Shown: positions 1-12,575 of the stretch, one piece after another | How the letters are laid out: the number at the start of each line of letters is the position of its first letter | Position numbering within the stretch: the stretch's first letter is position 1 | Source of the DNA: Antedon mediterranea | Taxonomy: Eukaryota > Animalia > Echinodermata | NCBI RefSeq assembly: GCF_964355755.1 | Contig: NC_092674.1 | Location: 14,012,001-14,076,000, forward strand | DNA: 64,000 bases | Reading direction: 5' to 3' | Notes under the pieces: generated by a model | Databases searched by the model: none | What the model was told of the DNA's origin: nothing | The model's input: only the letters and a program-made list of their open reading frames with translations | Program-made: the position numbers and the translations under genes

Positions 1-329
1 ATAATTTGTATAGTGTCCCATATCGTATCTTTATGAACGCGTTATAATTTTTATTCTGTTCTGGTTCACTATGTGTAAAAGTGAAGATCAAAATAATTAA
101 AATGTTTGACTTAATCGTGATCTTTAAAATTATAATCATGAATACATTGTCTCAATGTTAATATTTAAAGTAATTTTTTCTTTATTTTATATGTCATTTG
201 ACCCAAGCCTAAATATGAAAGCATTCTTTAGAAAATAAATAGTAGGCCTACATAATCAGAATGTGGATATTGGTATAATAGGAATAATTAATGACTTTTT
301 CTCTTTAAACTGTGGTCATAAATTGCCTA

Positions 330-1327
330 TTCTAACAGTGGCGTGTGGAAATAAAGTGGATTTGCCTGTGTGGAAAGGTTTAGTAGAAAATAATATTAAG
401 TTTTGCGTGACTCTGGGTGTAGTAGTGTCGTGGTGAAACGATCCTTTGTGAAATCGGAACAACTAGCGGGAGAATTTAGTACGTGTGTATTGATAGATGG
501 AACTGTAAGGCGTTTTCCTATAGCTAATATTAATATTAATACTCCATTTTTGTCAGGACCGGTAAAGGCGAGTTGTATGGAAAACCCTGTGTTTGGATTA
601 ATTATTGGAAACGTTACAGGGGTAAGGGATCCGAATGATCCTGAAGAAAATTGGGCCCTTAATAACGGTATAATAAAAGAGAATAAAATGTCGTTAATCA
701 ATATCGAAAATGCAGAACCATCCGGTGCCATGATGACTAGAAGTCAGCACAATTCCGTGAGAAAACCCCTTAAACAATTAAAAGTAGCTACTCCTATACC
801 AATTGATTTGATTCATGAAAGATTAATCGAAGACCAGTATAATGATTTTACATTGGGGAAAGTTAGAGATTTGGCCAAAAAGGGGAGATAAATAAATGAC
901 TAGAAATGGAAATTACTTTTAATACATATTTAGTGACGGAATTTCGTGGAGAGAGTTTTTGTCTCCTAAGGTGGAATTCGGTAATTTAGTAAGACAAGTA
1001 GTTGTTCCTAAAACTCTTAGAGGGGTAGTTTTGCAGTTGGTCCATGAATCTGTATTAGGTGGTCACCTCGGTGTTAAGAAAATAACTGACAACATTTTAA
1101 CAATTTTGTTTTGGCCTGGGTTGCAATCCGATGTACGTAGATTTTGCCAGTTGTGCGACATATGACAGCAAACCGTATCTAAAGGAAGGGTCCTTAAAGT
1201 ACCATTGGGTAAAATACCTACAATCGAGGAACCGTTCGAAAGAGTAGGTGTAGATTTAGTAGGGCCAATTAAACCCATGACAAAAAGGGGACATCGATAT
1301 ATTTTGGTGTTGATAGATTATGCGACA
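330..1327 (+). pseudogene. pol: Degenerate Gmr1-like Ty3/gypsy pol fragment (aspartic protease directly followed by integrase)
   Basis: ORF 403-891 has the LRDSGCS protease motif. ORF 959-1165 has the integrase zinc-binding HH-CC region (VHESVLGGHLG...FWPG...FCQLCDI), followed by PFERVGVDLVGP...RYILVLIDYAT. Stops and frameshifts present; truncated at ~1327. Confidence 0.88.
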
Positions 1328-2890
1328 AAAAAAAAACCAAACAAAAACAGCTATTTTGTGGAGGTTTTTTCAATGTAACTTTCTTATAAATTGACCAATT
1401 TTTATGGCTGTTTCGACATTGTAATGCCTAATTGAGTACCTACAATGTCATGTTATTTTTAATTGTTAACTTTTAAAGTTAGACGATTTGAAAATTGTGT
1501 TAAAGAATAGGCTTGTTTTGTCAATTTTTACATAAACGTTTATAACGTTTGACTGATAACGTTTAATGATATTGGCTGTTCCACCATGCAAAAGCTAAAC
1601 AATCAAGCTTTAAATGACCTAAAGTAAAATGTGATTGGTTCAGATACTTCGTCGGAACAGCTCCTTTTTTGAAGCAGTGTTTTGGTTTATCAGTGACCGG
1701 CTAGTGTTAAAGGAGAGGGGAAAATGTTCGAAGTCACCAAACCTTTCCTTAGCAGTCAGAACGTAACGTTAAAACTAAAATTACAGTTGCTGAAAAACTA
1801 CTTATCCAAAACGCTTTATTTTTCACGAAATGTAAGAGTTATTATCCCTTATTTTTAATATGTTAAATGTATTTAAGATTAAGATACAGGATTCTTTATA
1901 TAAGTAATTTTAAAACACTTGGTTTATTTGAAAACCACCAGCGTGGCTTTGCCGTAATGGTGGACTCGTCCATTTTACTAATAGGAATAGGATTGTAGCA
2001 CATTTATATAAAACGTTGAATTTGACCTATACAGTTTCCATTTCTGTTTTCTAATGTAAAATTAAAATTATATTATTAGTATCTCTATGTAATATATTCA
2101 CATTGTACTATGCTACTTAGCATCTACATACCGTTATACTGCACTTTGTTTTGTTGATTTTTTTAATGAAATTGTATACACAGGGAGTTGGTATACCATT
2201 GGTTCTACTAAAATTATTATTACTTGTATTTGTTTGTGCAATATTTGAAGATTGCTACAAAAATAGAAATAATTTAAATATAATATATTTTACAGATTAA
2301 GTGTACGCTCTATGCCTATGGAACAGATTACCTATCGGACGTAGTTTAGTATGACACATCTGATATTCTATTATTATAATTATTTTGTTTTATTTATTGT
2401 AATGCGCCGTGTTCTTTATATCTTTGATTGTATATTGTTTTTCAATAAGCCGTGCGGAGGATTCAGGTATTTTCTCTTAGTATTAAAGGGTAACACCGCG
2501 GCTTTAAAATGTATATTACTTGTTATAAACTATAAACCTTTTAATCAACATTGGTAACAACCGTGCCTAATTGTAGACAGCACTCAGGCAAAAGCTAAGT
2601 AGCTTCTTTAAAAAAAAGTTGTTCTATAAGACAATACTACAGTCTGTACGCGTGTGAAGTGGAACTAATTCGCCTTAAAATACTAGTTTTAAAATATCAT
2701 AATTAAACTCAACCTTTAAAATAGCTGATAATCAGAGATGTGCGCACGTGCAAATTAACAATATAAATGAATGTTTATGTACAAAATCTAACATTATGAT
2801 TCCTATTCGAGAAACGTTGTTGTTATGGGAACACACTAAGTGATTGGTGTAACTTCACACTAACGATATATTGAAACATTATGTTAATTA

Positions 2891-5446
2891 GTTCAAGTTC
2901 AAGTTAAAATTTATTGTCAAATACACAGTAAATGAAATTTGCCTTCCAAGGTTCAAATTACAATAAAAATAACAACAGTTAAAAACATACAATACTATAC
3001 AATGGATAAGATAATATATAAGAAAATATGCTATGTATAAAACATTATGAACAGTATAAATATTAAAATACTATATAAAGAATAAAATATAAAACGTCTC
3101 AAGTTATCTTTTAAATTGCTTGTTATATTGCCTGATTGCACACGGAAGAAATGATTTATTATGACGCTCAGTCTTCTTAATTGAAGGAATCATCCTTCCG
3201 GATCTACTGAAATTTATAAAGTTAAAAAGAGGATGAGACTGGTCGTTAATTATACATTTTAGTTTTTTCTCCATAACCTTATCGCATATATCATGGATAG
3301 ATGGGACGTTTGCACCTATTACCTTCTTAGCCATTTTTATTATTCTCTGTAATTTATTTGAGTTATACTTAGATAAACTATTTAGCCATACAATACAGCA
3401 AAATGTTAATATGGACTGTATCATAGCCTGATGGAATAGAGACAGCGCATCTCTGCCAATCTTAAAGTTTCTTAATTTCCTTAAGAAGTACAATCTTTGG
3501 TTTGCCTTCGCATAGACTTTGGCAGTGTTGGCGTTCCATGACAGTTTTTCATCTATCCATACTCCTAAATATATATGTTTACTAGTTGTGCGGACATCAT
3601 TATCTTTGATATTTAAAGGTATAAGTTGCCTCTTAATTTTACGAAAGTCAAACACAATTTATTTTGTTTTATTTACATTAATACTTAGACAGTTCATATC
3701 ACACCAGTTAATTATATTATTAACTTCAGTTCTATACGTGCTCTCATCATTGTTTCAATTAAGCCTGTGATACAGGTGTCATCAGCAAATTTAACTATTT
3801 GACATAATTCACTTCTAAGGTCGCTTGTATATAATGTGAACAACAATGGAGATAACACGCATCCCTGTGGGGCACCGGTGTTTGAAACAATGATATCAGA
3901 CAAAACATTATCAATTCTAACACGCTGGGTTCTGTTTTTCAAGAAATCTCTGATCCATAGACAAACAAAAGGATTAACATTCATACTAACTAATTTATCA
4001 AGAAGTATGTTTGGTTTCATTGAATTGAAAGCCGAAGAAAAATCTAAAAATAACATCCTTACATATTGCCTAGGTTTATCCCAAAGTTTCATAGATTGGA
4101 TGCAAGAGGGTAGTTATTGCATCGTCGACACCTCTATTACTACAGTATGCAAACTGATTATTATCAACAAAAGGCAACGTTTCTTTAATCAATACATCTT
4201 TAAATAGCCTCTCAAAGCACTTTGTAATAATTTGGGTTAGAGCAACAGGACGATAATCATTTAATATTTTCGGCTTAGGTACTTTATTTATTGGGGCTAT
4301 TATTGAATACTTCCACATGCATGGGACACAAGAAGAGCTTAACGACCAGTTAAATAATCTACAAAAGATAGGCGCAAGCTGTTTATAGCATGACTTTAAA
4401 ATATTGCCAGTTAGTTTATCTGACCCAGCTGCTTTATTTGGCTTAACACCCTTAAATACTTTCTCAACTGAAAGCAGATCAAATTCAGGTACATCAGATT
4501 TGGTTGTATTTAACTCTAGGTTCAGTTTAACATCATTATCATTAGTATTATTAATTTGGTCATCATTATCAAATCTGTTAAAAAATATATTTAGTTTATT
4601 TGCAAAGTCCAATGGTCGGGATCCGGATGGAACTATTGTTGTGTTCTGCCTTTTCGCGTTTCCAATAACTTTCTTTAATCCATTCCATGCTTGCTTGGGG
4701 TTACCGCTATCAAAATCATTCTTTATTTTCTCTCCAAATTTGCGTTTGGCATCATTAATTCGCTTTTTCGTTAACTTCTGAATACGCTTCTTTTCCGTAA
4801 CATCATTATTGCGGACAGCTTGTTGTTTTTGCTGTAAAAGTTCTCGGATATCCTTAGTGACCCATGGTTTACTATTTGGATAAATTTTTATTTCCTTCTT
4901 TTTAATGATGCTAGACTCACAAAAATTAATATATTCAACAATTGTTTCCATAGTGGCGTCAATAGAATCTGTATTCATAAACACATCCCAATTCGTAGCT
5001 TCAAGACATCCTTTAAATTCCTCCACACTATCATTTGTCCACACTTTGATTTCCTTGACCATTGGTTTACTTTGTTTTAACTTTTGTTTATAAGCTGGTA
5101 TTAAATGAATCATCTTGTGATCTGATTTACCAAGACCTGCCTTAGGTGACGACTTGTACGCGTTCTTTATGTTGCCGTAACAACAATCAAGTATTTTGTC
5201 ACCGCGTGTGAGAAAGTCTACGTACTGATAATAATTCGAAACCTTCTTGAGGTCGCACGAGTTAAAGTCACCAGTGACTAACTTAACAGCATCAGGGGAT
5301 TCTGTGTCCAGTTCACTTAATATGGTTTGAATGTTAGATGCAGCTACTTTCATATCAGCTCTCGGGTGGATGTAGACTACTGTGACAAAAATTGTATTGA
5401 ACTCGCGAGGAAGATAAAATGGACGAAGCGAAACAGTAATGAGTTC
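2891..5446 (-). mobile_element. 5'-truncated Rex1/Babar-like LINE (APE endonuclease + reverse transcriptase), frameshifted
   Basis: Endonuclease motifs LRPFYLPREF, VTGDFN, LDCCY, GKSDH. RT motifs DYRPVAL, QFAY..RGVDDA, LDFSSAFN, GAPQGCVLSPLLF, KFADD (ORFs 4076-5353, 3712-4092, 3104-3655). The 3' end has AATAAA followed by a (CTTGAA)n-like tail at ~2891-2915. Confidence 0.9.
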
Positions 5447-5559
5447 TTAGTTAGTAGTACACCGCCGATATTTCACCGTAATGTCAGTCTTCTTATTGTT
5501 TTTTTTATTTTTGGTATGGCCAAAGAGCCATATAGTACTTCGTTACTTATTTTTTGTTG

Positions 5560-5885
5560 CCATTATAATCCCAACGCAGCACAGAATAGTAGTGAGTGAC
5601 TGCCATCAATTTTTTTCTCAAATTTCTTTGTAATGGTCGAACTTTCTGATCCATATTGAAAATCTGATTCAACAGTGAAGTGCCGTAGTTTAAGGTTTTT
5701 ACTAATATTTAACCTCCATATTTGATTTAATTTATTAATTGTAGCCAATGCTTTTCCTTTTCTTATTTCAAAATCTCTGCTGGTCGTGTTAATAAAGCTT
5801 CCCAGATATTAAACATCATTCACCTTATCTCTCTCTATATCATTTTGTGTTTTAATTTTTCCGGATTGGTTATATGATATAAATT
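5560..5885 (-). pseudogene. RTE-like LINE RT C-terminal fragment
   Basis: Translation ...YLGSFI...EIRKGKALATINKLNQIWR..ISKNLKLR..VES..YGSES.TI.K..EKKIDG resembles the RTE-clade post-RT region. Confidence 0.65.
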
Positions 5886-6731
5886 TAGTTTAACCCTAGT
5901 GTAACAATCAACCACTAATGTAACGATCCATTAACCACTAACGTAACAAAACTTTACTAACCACTAACGTAATAAAATTTAACCACTAACGTAACAGCAG
6001 GAGAAAATGTTAAGAAATCTCAGACAATTGTTGTTTTGAATGATCGAAATCTAGGACTCAAGTCCAGTCGCGTTTGCCTGTACGTCAACTCACTATGTTT
6101 AAACTGTTGGTTAAATAATGGTGTTAAATGTAACTAACTTAAAGCGCCCATTCAGCTATCAATGTTGTAACGACAGACATAACCCACTAATTTCCGTATG
6201 AAAAGTTGGAGATACCTTTTTGTGATAAAGCCGTTCCATGTCCATGCTTTTCTGTCTAGCAATACTCTTACTTTCAATGACGTGATACGATGTTCTCTTG
6301 TTAGTATACAAGTGTATACTTTGATTATGGTTTTCTGTCCATGTCGAACATAACCTCTTTTAAACAGACTCTAAAATCATTGTATTTTTTTTTTTTAAAG
6401 CTTTTTATACATATTTTAAATATTTTAGATATTTCGTATTTTACATGTTGGATTTTAACTTTTAATCTAATCTCGTTTTAGTATAAGGAATCTGTGCAAT
6501 TTGGTTCTCTGTGTTTCTGAGAACCCAATGGAAATGAGTTTTTTACTATTTGGGATATCCTTTTAACTCGAGTCTGTTGTACTGATTTTTAATTGTTTAC
6601 ATGTTTTTATTGTATGTATCTGTGTCCAAAGGTTAAAAATAAAAAAAATAAAAATATTTAAAAAAAGAACACAAAAGGATGAACGGACAGTCAGACAGAT
6701 AATCATAGACCCAAAAGAGGTTCAATATACA

Positions 6732-7126
6732 TGTAGTGAATATTTAGTTGGTTCCGAGCTTTCTCAGGCGTATATATTTCCACGCGACGTACACTGCTGT
6801 CACTGAATGATAACTCATACAAAAAGTATATTTAACTCAACTAGAACTTTTATTCCTTGTAACTCGATTAATACATCTTTCTACCACTACCAGTCAAGCC
6901 TTATTTTCTTTATCATCTTTCCGTTTATCTACTCTGATCTTATTCTCTCTTCTTCTAATATCTATTACATTCCACTTTTATACTGGACATGCAAATTTTA
7001 GGCTTCAGAGGAGGATAACATTTTCCCTCCAAAATTTATACGATTTTGATTGGCTAATAATATAAGGCGGACCTGGTCTAAAGCATCCTTCTCTAAACAA
7101 AGAGAATCACAACATTTAATATGACA
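6732..7126 (-). repeat. 3' LTR (395 bp)
   Basis: Direct repeat of 14095-14485, differing by a few substitutions and one small indel. TGT...ACA ends. Confidence 0.96.
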
Positions 7127-7140
7127 TTCCCCTTTTTGGG
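7127..7140 (-). promoter_or_regulatory. Polypurine tract
   Basis: Minus strand reads CCCAAAAAGGGGAA immediately before the 3' LTR. Confidence 0.85.
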
Positions 7141-7227
7141 AAAAAGATTGTGTCAATCTTTCCAAAAATTTAACATTTAAAACCATTTTACTTTAAACTA
7201 TCTACTAATAACACCTCTATAATATAT

Positions 7228-8032
7228 TTATGCACGGCTTAATCCATCTGCATTTCCATTTAATGATCCTTTCTTGTAAATAACTTTAAATTTATATCCT
7301 TGTAAAAACAGAGCCCATCTCATAAGTATAACATTGGCACCCTTCATCGAGTCCATCCATCTCAATGCCTGGTGGTCAGTATGAACTTGAAATTCACAAC
7401 CATACAGATAATACTTAAGTTTATTGATAGCCCAAACAATAGAGAGGCACTCTTTTTCTGGCACAGAATATCTCTGCTCATGTACAGATAACTTTCTACT
7501 TAAATACACAATGGGATAATCATTACCCTCACCATCTATTTGGCTCAGCACTGCACCTATGCCATAATTTGAGGCATCGGTTTGCAATATAAACATCTTA
7601 TCAAAATTTGGGGCTTTTAATACATTATCATCAGTAAGTCGTTTCTTTAAAGTTACAAAGGCATTTTCACATTGTTCATTCCACTTAACGGTATTACTTT
7701 TACTTTTTAAAGTTAAATCAATCAATGGCTTAGCAATATCGGCATAGTTCTGTACAAATTATCTGTAATAGCCAGTTAATCCGAGAAATGATCGGACTTG
7801 TTTCTTAGACAAAGGTCTGGGGAACTTTTCCACAGCCTCAACCTTATCAATCATGGGTCTAATTTCTCCATTACCAATCTTATGCCCCAGAAATTCTACC
7901 GGTGCATAGGCAATTTTACATTTCAAAGGCTTTGCTGTCAATCCAGCACTACTTAATCTTTCTAATACATCATTCAAATGAAAAATATGATCTTTCCAAG
8001 TTTGACTATAAATACATATGTCATCTATATAT
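7228..8032 (-). pseudogene. pol: pol C-terminal part: RT (YIDD onward) and RNase H
   Basis: YIDDICIYS...FLGH...VRSFLGLTGYYR, then LQTDASNYGIGAVLSQ...YSVPEKECLSIVWA...HTDHQAL...NADGLSR. One premature stop/frameshift near 7759. Confidence 0.93.
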
Positions 8033-9867
8033 GTGTACCGCCAAACCAAAACCAGGCGTTTGTCGGCAGCAAGGGATTTCTGTAAAATGCTTCTGAATGT
8101 GTAAAACCTATATCTTGACCATTTTTAGTTTTTTAAATAATCTTACAGAAAATTTACCGTAGATTCCAAAAATCTAGGTATTTTAAAGAAATTATAAGTA
8201 TAAATCAATGAAAATAACATTTTAATGAGACCCCCTTTTTCGTCTTTGGTGAAAAAATCAAGTTCTATTCTGTAATTTGTGTCTATTTCTAACCAACTTT
8301 TACCTCTTTGATTATGAGAAGACCCCTTAATGTGTGGTATTTTTAGAAAGCTCGTGAAAAAATCTTTCCAAAGATAAAGGTTGTAGGTCATGTAAAATAA
8401 TAGTATAGCCAATCAAACACATTCTTTAATAACCTTTTGGTATAAGCAAACCAGTCTTGTTGCTACGGAATCCTGAAACAGGCAATTTGATTGGCTAACA
8501 GAGTGGCTCAAGTCATTGAAGCGTTAAATTTGCCTTTAACAGCTATTCAAAGTACACTGAGGAAGCGGTAAGGTTTTAACAAAACATTCTTACTGTAAAA
8601 AACATTCAATATTAATTTATACTTGCTATTTATGCATCCTAGATAATAATAAAACAACCTAGAATAGTTTAATGATTTATATAATATGAAAAGTAGAAAT
8701 ATTGGCTTCGCTAGCGAATCGTAAACAACAAGAGGTTAGAAAGTACGAAATGACTTTCTAGCGCGACACACTCAGTTTGGTGAACACAGAAACACTTTTG
8801 ATCAAAATATTAGGCCTAGCCTAGGCATAAGATAAGAGATGAACTGTATGCCAGCTTAGTACTTCAAGTTAGCCTAGTAAAACCACCTAGCATACCTTGG
8901 TCTAGGCCTAGCCCAAAAAAAAAGATTTTTAAATGTGTTTAAAAAAAGTTTAATTTAATTTTCCATTCTGTTTTCAGATCTTGATTGGTAATTAATACTG
9001 TAATGTATACCAATAGTTTTGACAGTGGTGGTGATGCTGTTGCTACTTTCTCTTCTCAAACAACTCCAATAATGGTGATACGGTGCTTAATATAACTTTA
9101 CAAAAATGACTTTGATTCTGATGATACATGACACATGTATTCTATTATGCAACGTAACCCTGAATAAAACCGTGAAATAATTGTATCGAAAAATATGTAT
9201 GTATTTAAAACTTAAAGACCCGGCACAAAAGATGATAATACTGTTGTAACACGCAGCCTGAAATGACCAAAATGTTATAATTTAAAGTGTACCAATTGTA
9301 AATAAATTTAAACACATCAAACACAATCAACTGTCTGTGTATCATTAATTTTGGTTCATTTCTATATGTTGTATTTTTATTGTCACTTTATTAATAGTAC
9401 TTATTTATAGTTATTACAAGCCTCACACATAACATAAGTTTAGTAAAAAAAAGTTTACTAACGTATGTAGTTATTTGAAGTCTCATTTGACAATGTTAAT
9501 GTTACTGGATTTCTTTGAAAATTTCAATGATTATAGAAAAATGTATTAGTTACATTTGTGCTAAATTTCAAAGTCATAGGTATACTAGAAGTTAGCGTTG
9601 TCAAGGTGAACATGAGTCGCTGTCTGCCAGCACATTTAAACTTCCTGTTTGAACTATTGTTGATCTTTGAATGCATTTTTCACTGCTAAATAAAAATGAA
9701 TTCTTACTTGTATTTCTTTACTTATTGTATCATAACTCTAAAAATACTTGACCAAATTGAATAATTTTTTCAGTATTTTAAAGCAAATTATGTGCTCTGT
9801 ACAAATATCTTTAAAACTCAAAATGTCACATTTACGACAAATGCCTGGTTTTGATTTGGCTGTACAC
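8033..9867. mobile_element. Non-autonomous TIR DNA transposon (1835 bp) inserted in the RT YIDD motif
   Basis: TIR of ~33 bp, GTGTAC(C/A)GCCAAA(C/T)CAAAACCAGGC(G/A)TTTGTCG, at both ends. Flanked by ATAT/ATAT (or TA/TA). Removing it restores GCA TAT ATA GAT GAC (AYIDD). Confidence 0.92.
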
Positions 9868-10440
9868 ATATGCCTTAGCATATCCCTCAGTACCTTGTAA
9901 TACCTTATCCATTAATCTTTGGAAAGTACTAGGGCTATTTTGCATACCAAATGGAAGTACATTGTAACAATACTGTCCAAATTGTGTAATAAATGCTGAT
10001 TTGTCTTTGGTCTTAGGATCCAGAGGCACCTGGTAAAATCCTTTAGTTAGATCTAACGTAGTTATGTATATTGCAGATGATACCTCATCCAACATTTCGT
10101 CTATGCGAGGCATAACATAAGGGTCAACTTGTGTAGTCTTATTTAGTGATCTAAAATCTGTCACCATTCTAATTTGATTCTGGCCTTTCTTCAGGGCAAT
10201 AATAGGTGCAGCATAGGCACTAACTGTAGGTTCTATTATACCCATAGCCAACATACTATCTAATTCTTCTTTCAATTTACCTTTTAATGCTTGGGGCGTT
10301 CTATATTTCCTATGCCTTATAGGCATTTCACCATTAGTCTTAATTTCATGTGTCACTAAGTGAGTTCTACCTGGTACATCCGAGAATACATTCTGTTGGT
10401 ACTTTAACAATTCTGTTAATTGTTTAGTTTGTGTATCATT
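9868..10440 (-). pseudogene. pol: pol: RT N-terminal half
   Basis: ORF 9832-10410: GIIEP..SAYAAPI, DFRSLN, DPYVMPRI, LDLTKGFYQVPL, LPFGMQNSPSTFQRLMD. Confidence 0.93.
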
Positions 10441-12575
10441 TAAATTACTACTAACGTTAACATCTCTCCATGTTTGTGATTGATGATAAAAGACAATCCT
10501 ATGTCTATTTCACTATCTAACTCATTGTCATGGACTGTTTCATTTAAGTCTACTTCTTCTATCGACTGAATATTTGTTACTACATAATAACCATCTTTAC
10601 TTATTTCTACTTTATCATACCATCTCTTTAACATATTAACATGTAGAATTTGTTTTTCTTTTCTTCTACCTCCTATGTATATTTCATAATTTACATCATT
10701 GACCTTTTTTGTAACAGTGAAGGGGCCTTGCCATTTACTGTCTAACTTACTATTTCCTACTGGAAGGAATATCAACACTTTGTCCCCTTCTACAAATTCT
10801 CTATCAATAGCATTCTTGTTATAATTGTGGGACATAATTTCTTGTTGTTCAAGTTTGTTTACATTAGCATCTTTCATTAATTCCTCCATTTTTTCTCTTA
10901 TGTCTAACATGTATTTGATAACATCAGTAGATGTTTCTTCATCTTCTACCCAATTACTTTTGAGTAAACTCAAGGGTCCCCTCACCTCTCTACCATAAAG
11001 CAATTTAAAAGGTGAATGGCCCGTCGCTTTACTAGGAACTACCCCCCTTCTGTATGCAAACAGAAAGGGGGGTATGTAGTTATCCCACTTTTTTCTTTGC
11101 TTAACTGTAAGTGTCCTTATCATATTTTTCAATGTACCGTAAAATCTTTCAACAAGCCCATTGCTTTGGGGGTGGTACACTGTAGTCTTTAATTGATTAA
11201 TCCCCAACATACTACATATAGATTGCATAATTGAAGACATGAAATTAGTTTCTTGATCATGTACAATCTCTTCGGGTAATCCTACTCTAGTAAATACTTC
11301 TATTAGAGCCCTGGCTACTGTTTCAGCTCTAACATTGGGTAACGGGATAGCATCCGGATATCTCGTAGCATAGTCAATTATAGTAAGCATATATTTGTTA
11401 TTACGGCTTGTTCTAGATAAGGGTCCAACAATGTCTATCGCTATACGTTTAAATGGTGTACTTATAATCGGTAATGGTATCAAAGTATGTTTCCTTTTAC
11501 TTTTACCCTTATCTACCTTTTGGCATTCCTTACAGACTTTACAATAGACTACCACATCTTTAAATATACATGGCCAATGGAATTGGTTCAGGACCCTACT
11601 TTTAGTTTTCTCAACACCCATGTGACCTGCAAATGGCACATTATGACCTAAGTGTAATACACCCTGTCTACACTGAGTGGGTAATACAATCTGTTCCACT
11701 TGGTTATTCTTATCTTTAATACTACTCCAATTTCTCATCAATATACCTTGTCTCATAAAGAAACATACCCTATGCTGACCTATTTCTTCTATAGGGACTA
11801 CCCTGTCAAACACTCCTTTGAGTGAGTCATCCTTAGTTTGCAATTTGATCAGTTCTTGTTTAGTTAGGTTCAGCTTGTGCTGTTGTTCATATGTTTTATG
11901 TTTGACTGTTTTATCTTTAGCTCTATCCTCATTTTCGTCAAACAAATTATTCATTTCTGTTCCATTCATATCATCTAAACACTTAGTTTTATTTACTTTG
12001 TTGTCATTTACTACTGTTTTCAACAATTGTACATTAGTTTCTTTAGGCGGCTCTTCTATCGGCTTAAAGTTACTATCTTTCCCTAACAATATCATTTCGT
12101 CTTGTATTCTAACATCATTTTCTATTCTGGCTTGCTCCCTAGTTAGGACGAACATTTCTTTAGCCATTGTTTCTCCACAATTCTGGTCCAAATCATGACC
12201 CAATAACATGTCCTTCTGTAATCCTTCGATTACGGCTACAATCACTTTTCCTGTCACTATCTTACTTTCTATAGCTACCTCAGCTAAGGGGACGGTAATA
12301 TCGCCTCCTATACCTCTTAACGTAACCCATTTTCCTGGCAAGTAACATTTGTTAGGCACTAGACTTTCCTTAACAGCTGACTGGGTACATCCCGAGTCTC
12401 TTAGCATAGTTATATCATGTCCTTCTAATTTTCCTGGTATTGTACATTTCTCCATTTTATTTTCTACACTATCTATAACTACTTGGGGTCTATCTGATTT
12501 TAGTCCTTCACATCTTAAGCCATCTTTCACATTCGGGCCCTTCTTAATGTCACTAGTCTTTCCTTTTGCTACCAT
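10440..12575 (-). CDS. pol: pol: aspartic protease + integrase (H2C2 zinc-binding, DDE core, GPF/chromo-like C-terminus)
   Basis: 711-aa ORF: MLRDSGCTQS, HNVPFAGHMG..C..C, PFKRIAIDIVGPL, IDYATRYPDA, VHDQETNF, HPQSNGLVER, WQGPFTV. Confidence 0.93.
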   Translation of the reverse strand: MVAKGKTSDIKKGPNVKDGLRCEGLKSDRPQVVIDSVENKMEKCTIPGKLEGHDITMLRDSGCTQSAVKESLVPNKCYLPGKWVTLRGIGGDITVPLAEVAIESKIVTGKVIVAVIEGLQKDMLLGHDLDQNCGETMAKEMFVLTREQARIENDVRIQDEMILLGKDSNFKPIEEPPKETNVQLLKTVVNDNKVNKTKCLDDMNGTEMNNLFDENEDRAKDKTVKHKTYEQQHKLNLTKQELIKLQTKDDSLKGVFDRVVPIEEIGQHRVCFFMRQGILMRNWSSIKDKNNQVEQIVLPTQCRQGVLHLGHNVPFAGHMGVEKTKSRVLNQFHWPCIFKDVVVYCKVCKECQKVDKGKSKRKHTLIPLPIISTPFKRIAIDIVGPLSRTSRNNKYMLTIIDYATRYPDAIPLPNVRAETVARALIEVFTRVGLPEEIVHDQETNFMSSIMQSICSMLGINQLKTTVYHPQSNGLVERFYGTLKNMIRTLTVKQRKKWDNYIPPFLFAYRRGVVPSKATGHSPFKLLYGREVRGPLSLLKSNWVEDEETSTDVIKYMLDIREKMEELMKDANVNKLEQQEIMSHNYNKNAIDREFVEGDKVLIFLPVGNSKLDSKWQGPFTVTKKVNDVNYEIYIGGRRKEKQILHVNMLKRWYDKVEISKDGYYVVTNIQSIEEVDLNETVHDNELDSEIDIGLSFIINHKHGEMLTLVVI

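Noticed and set aside
1330-1720. piggyBac-like and Kolobok-like termini sharing a TTAA at ~1707-1710
   Set aside because: Only single ends are visible; no partner TIR or TSD could be confirmed.
6807-7001. Duplicated small gene (also 14170-14424)
   Set aside because: Both ORFs lie within the two LTRs and diverge in frame after an indel.
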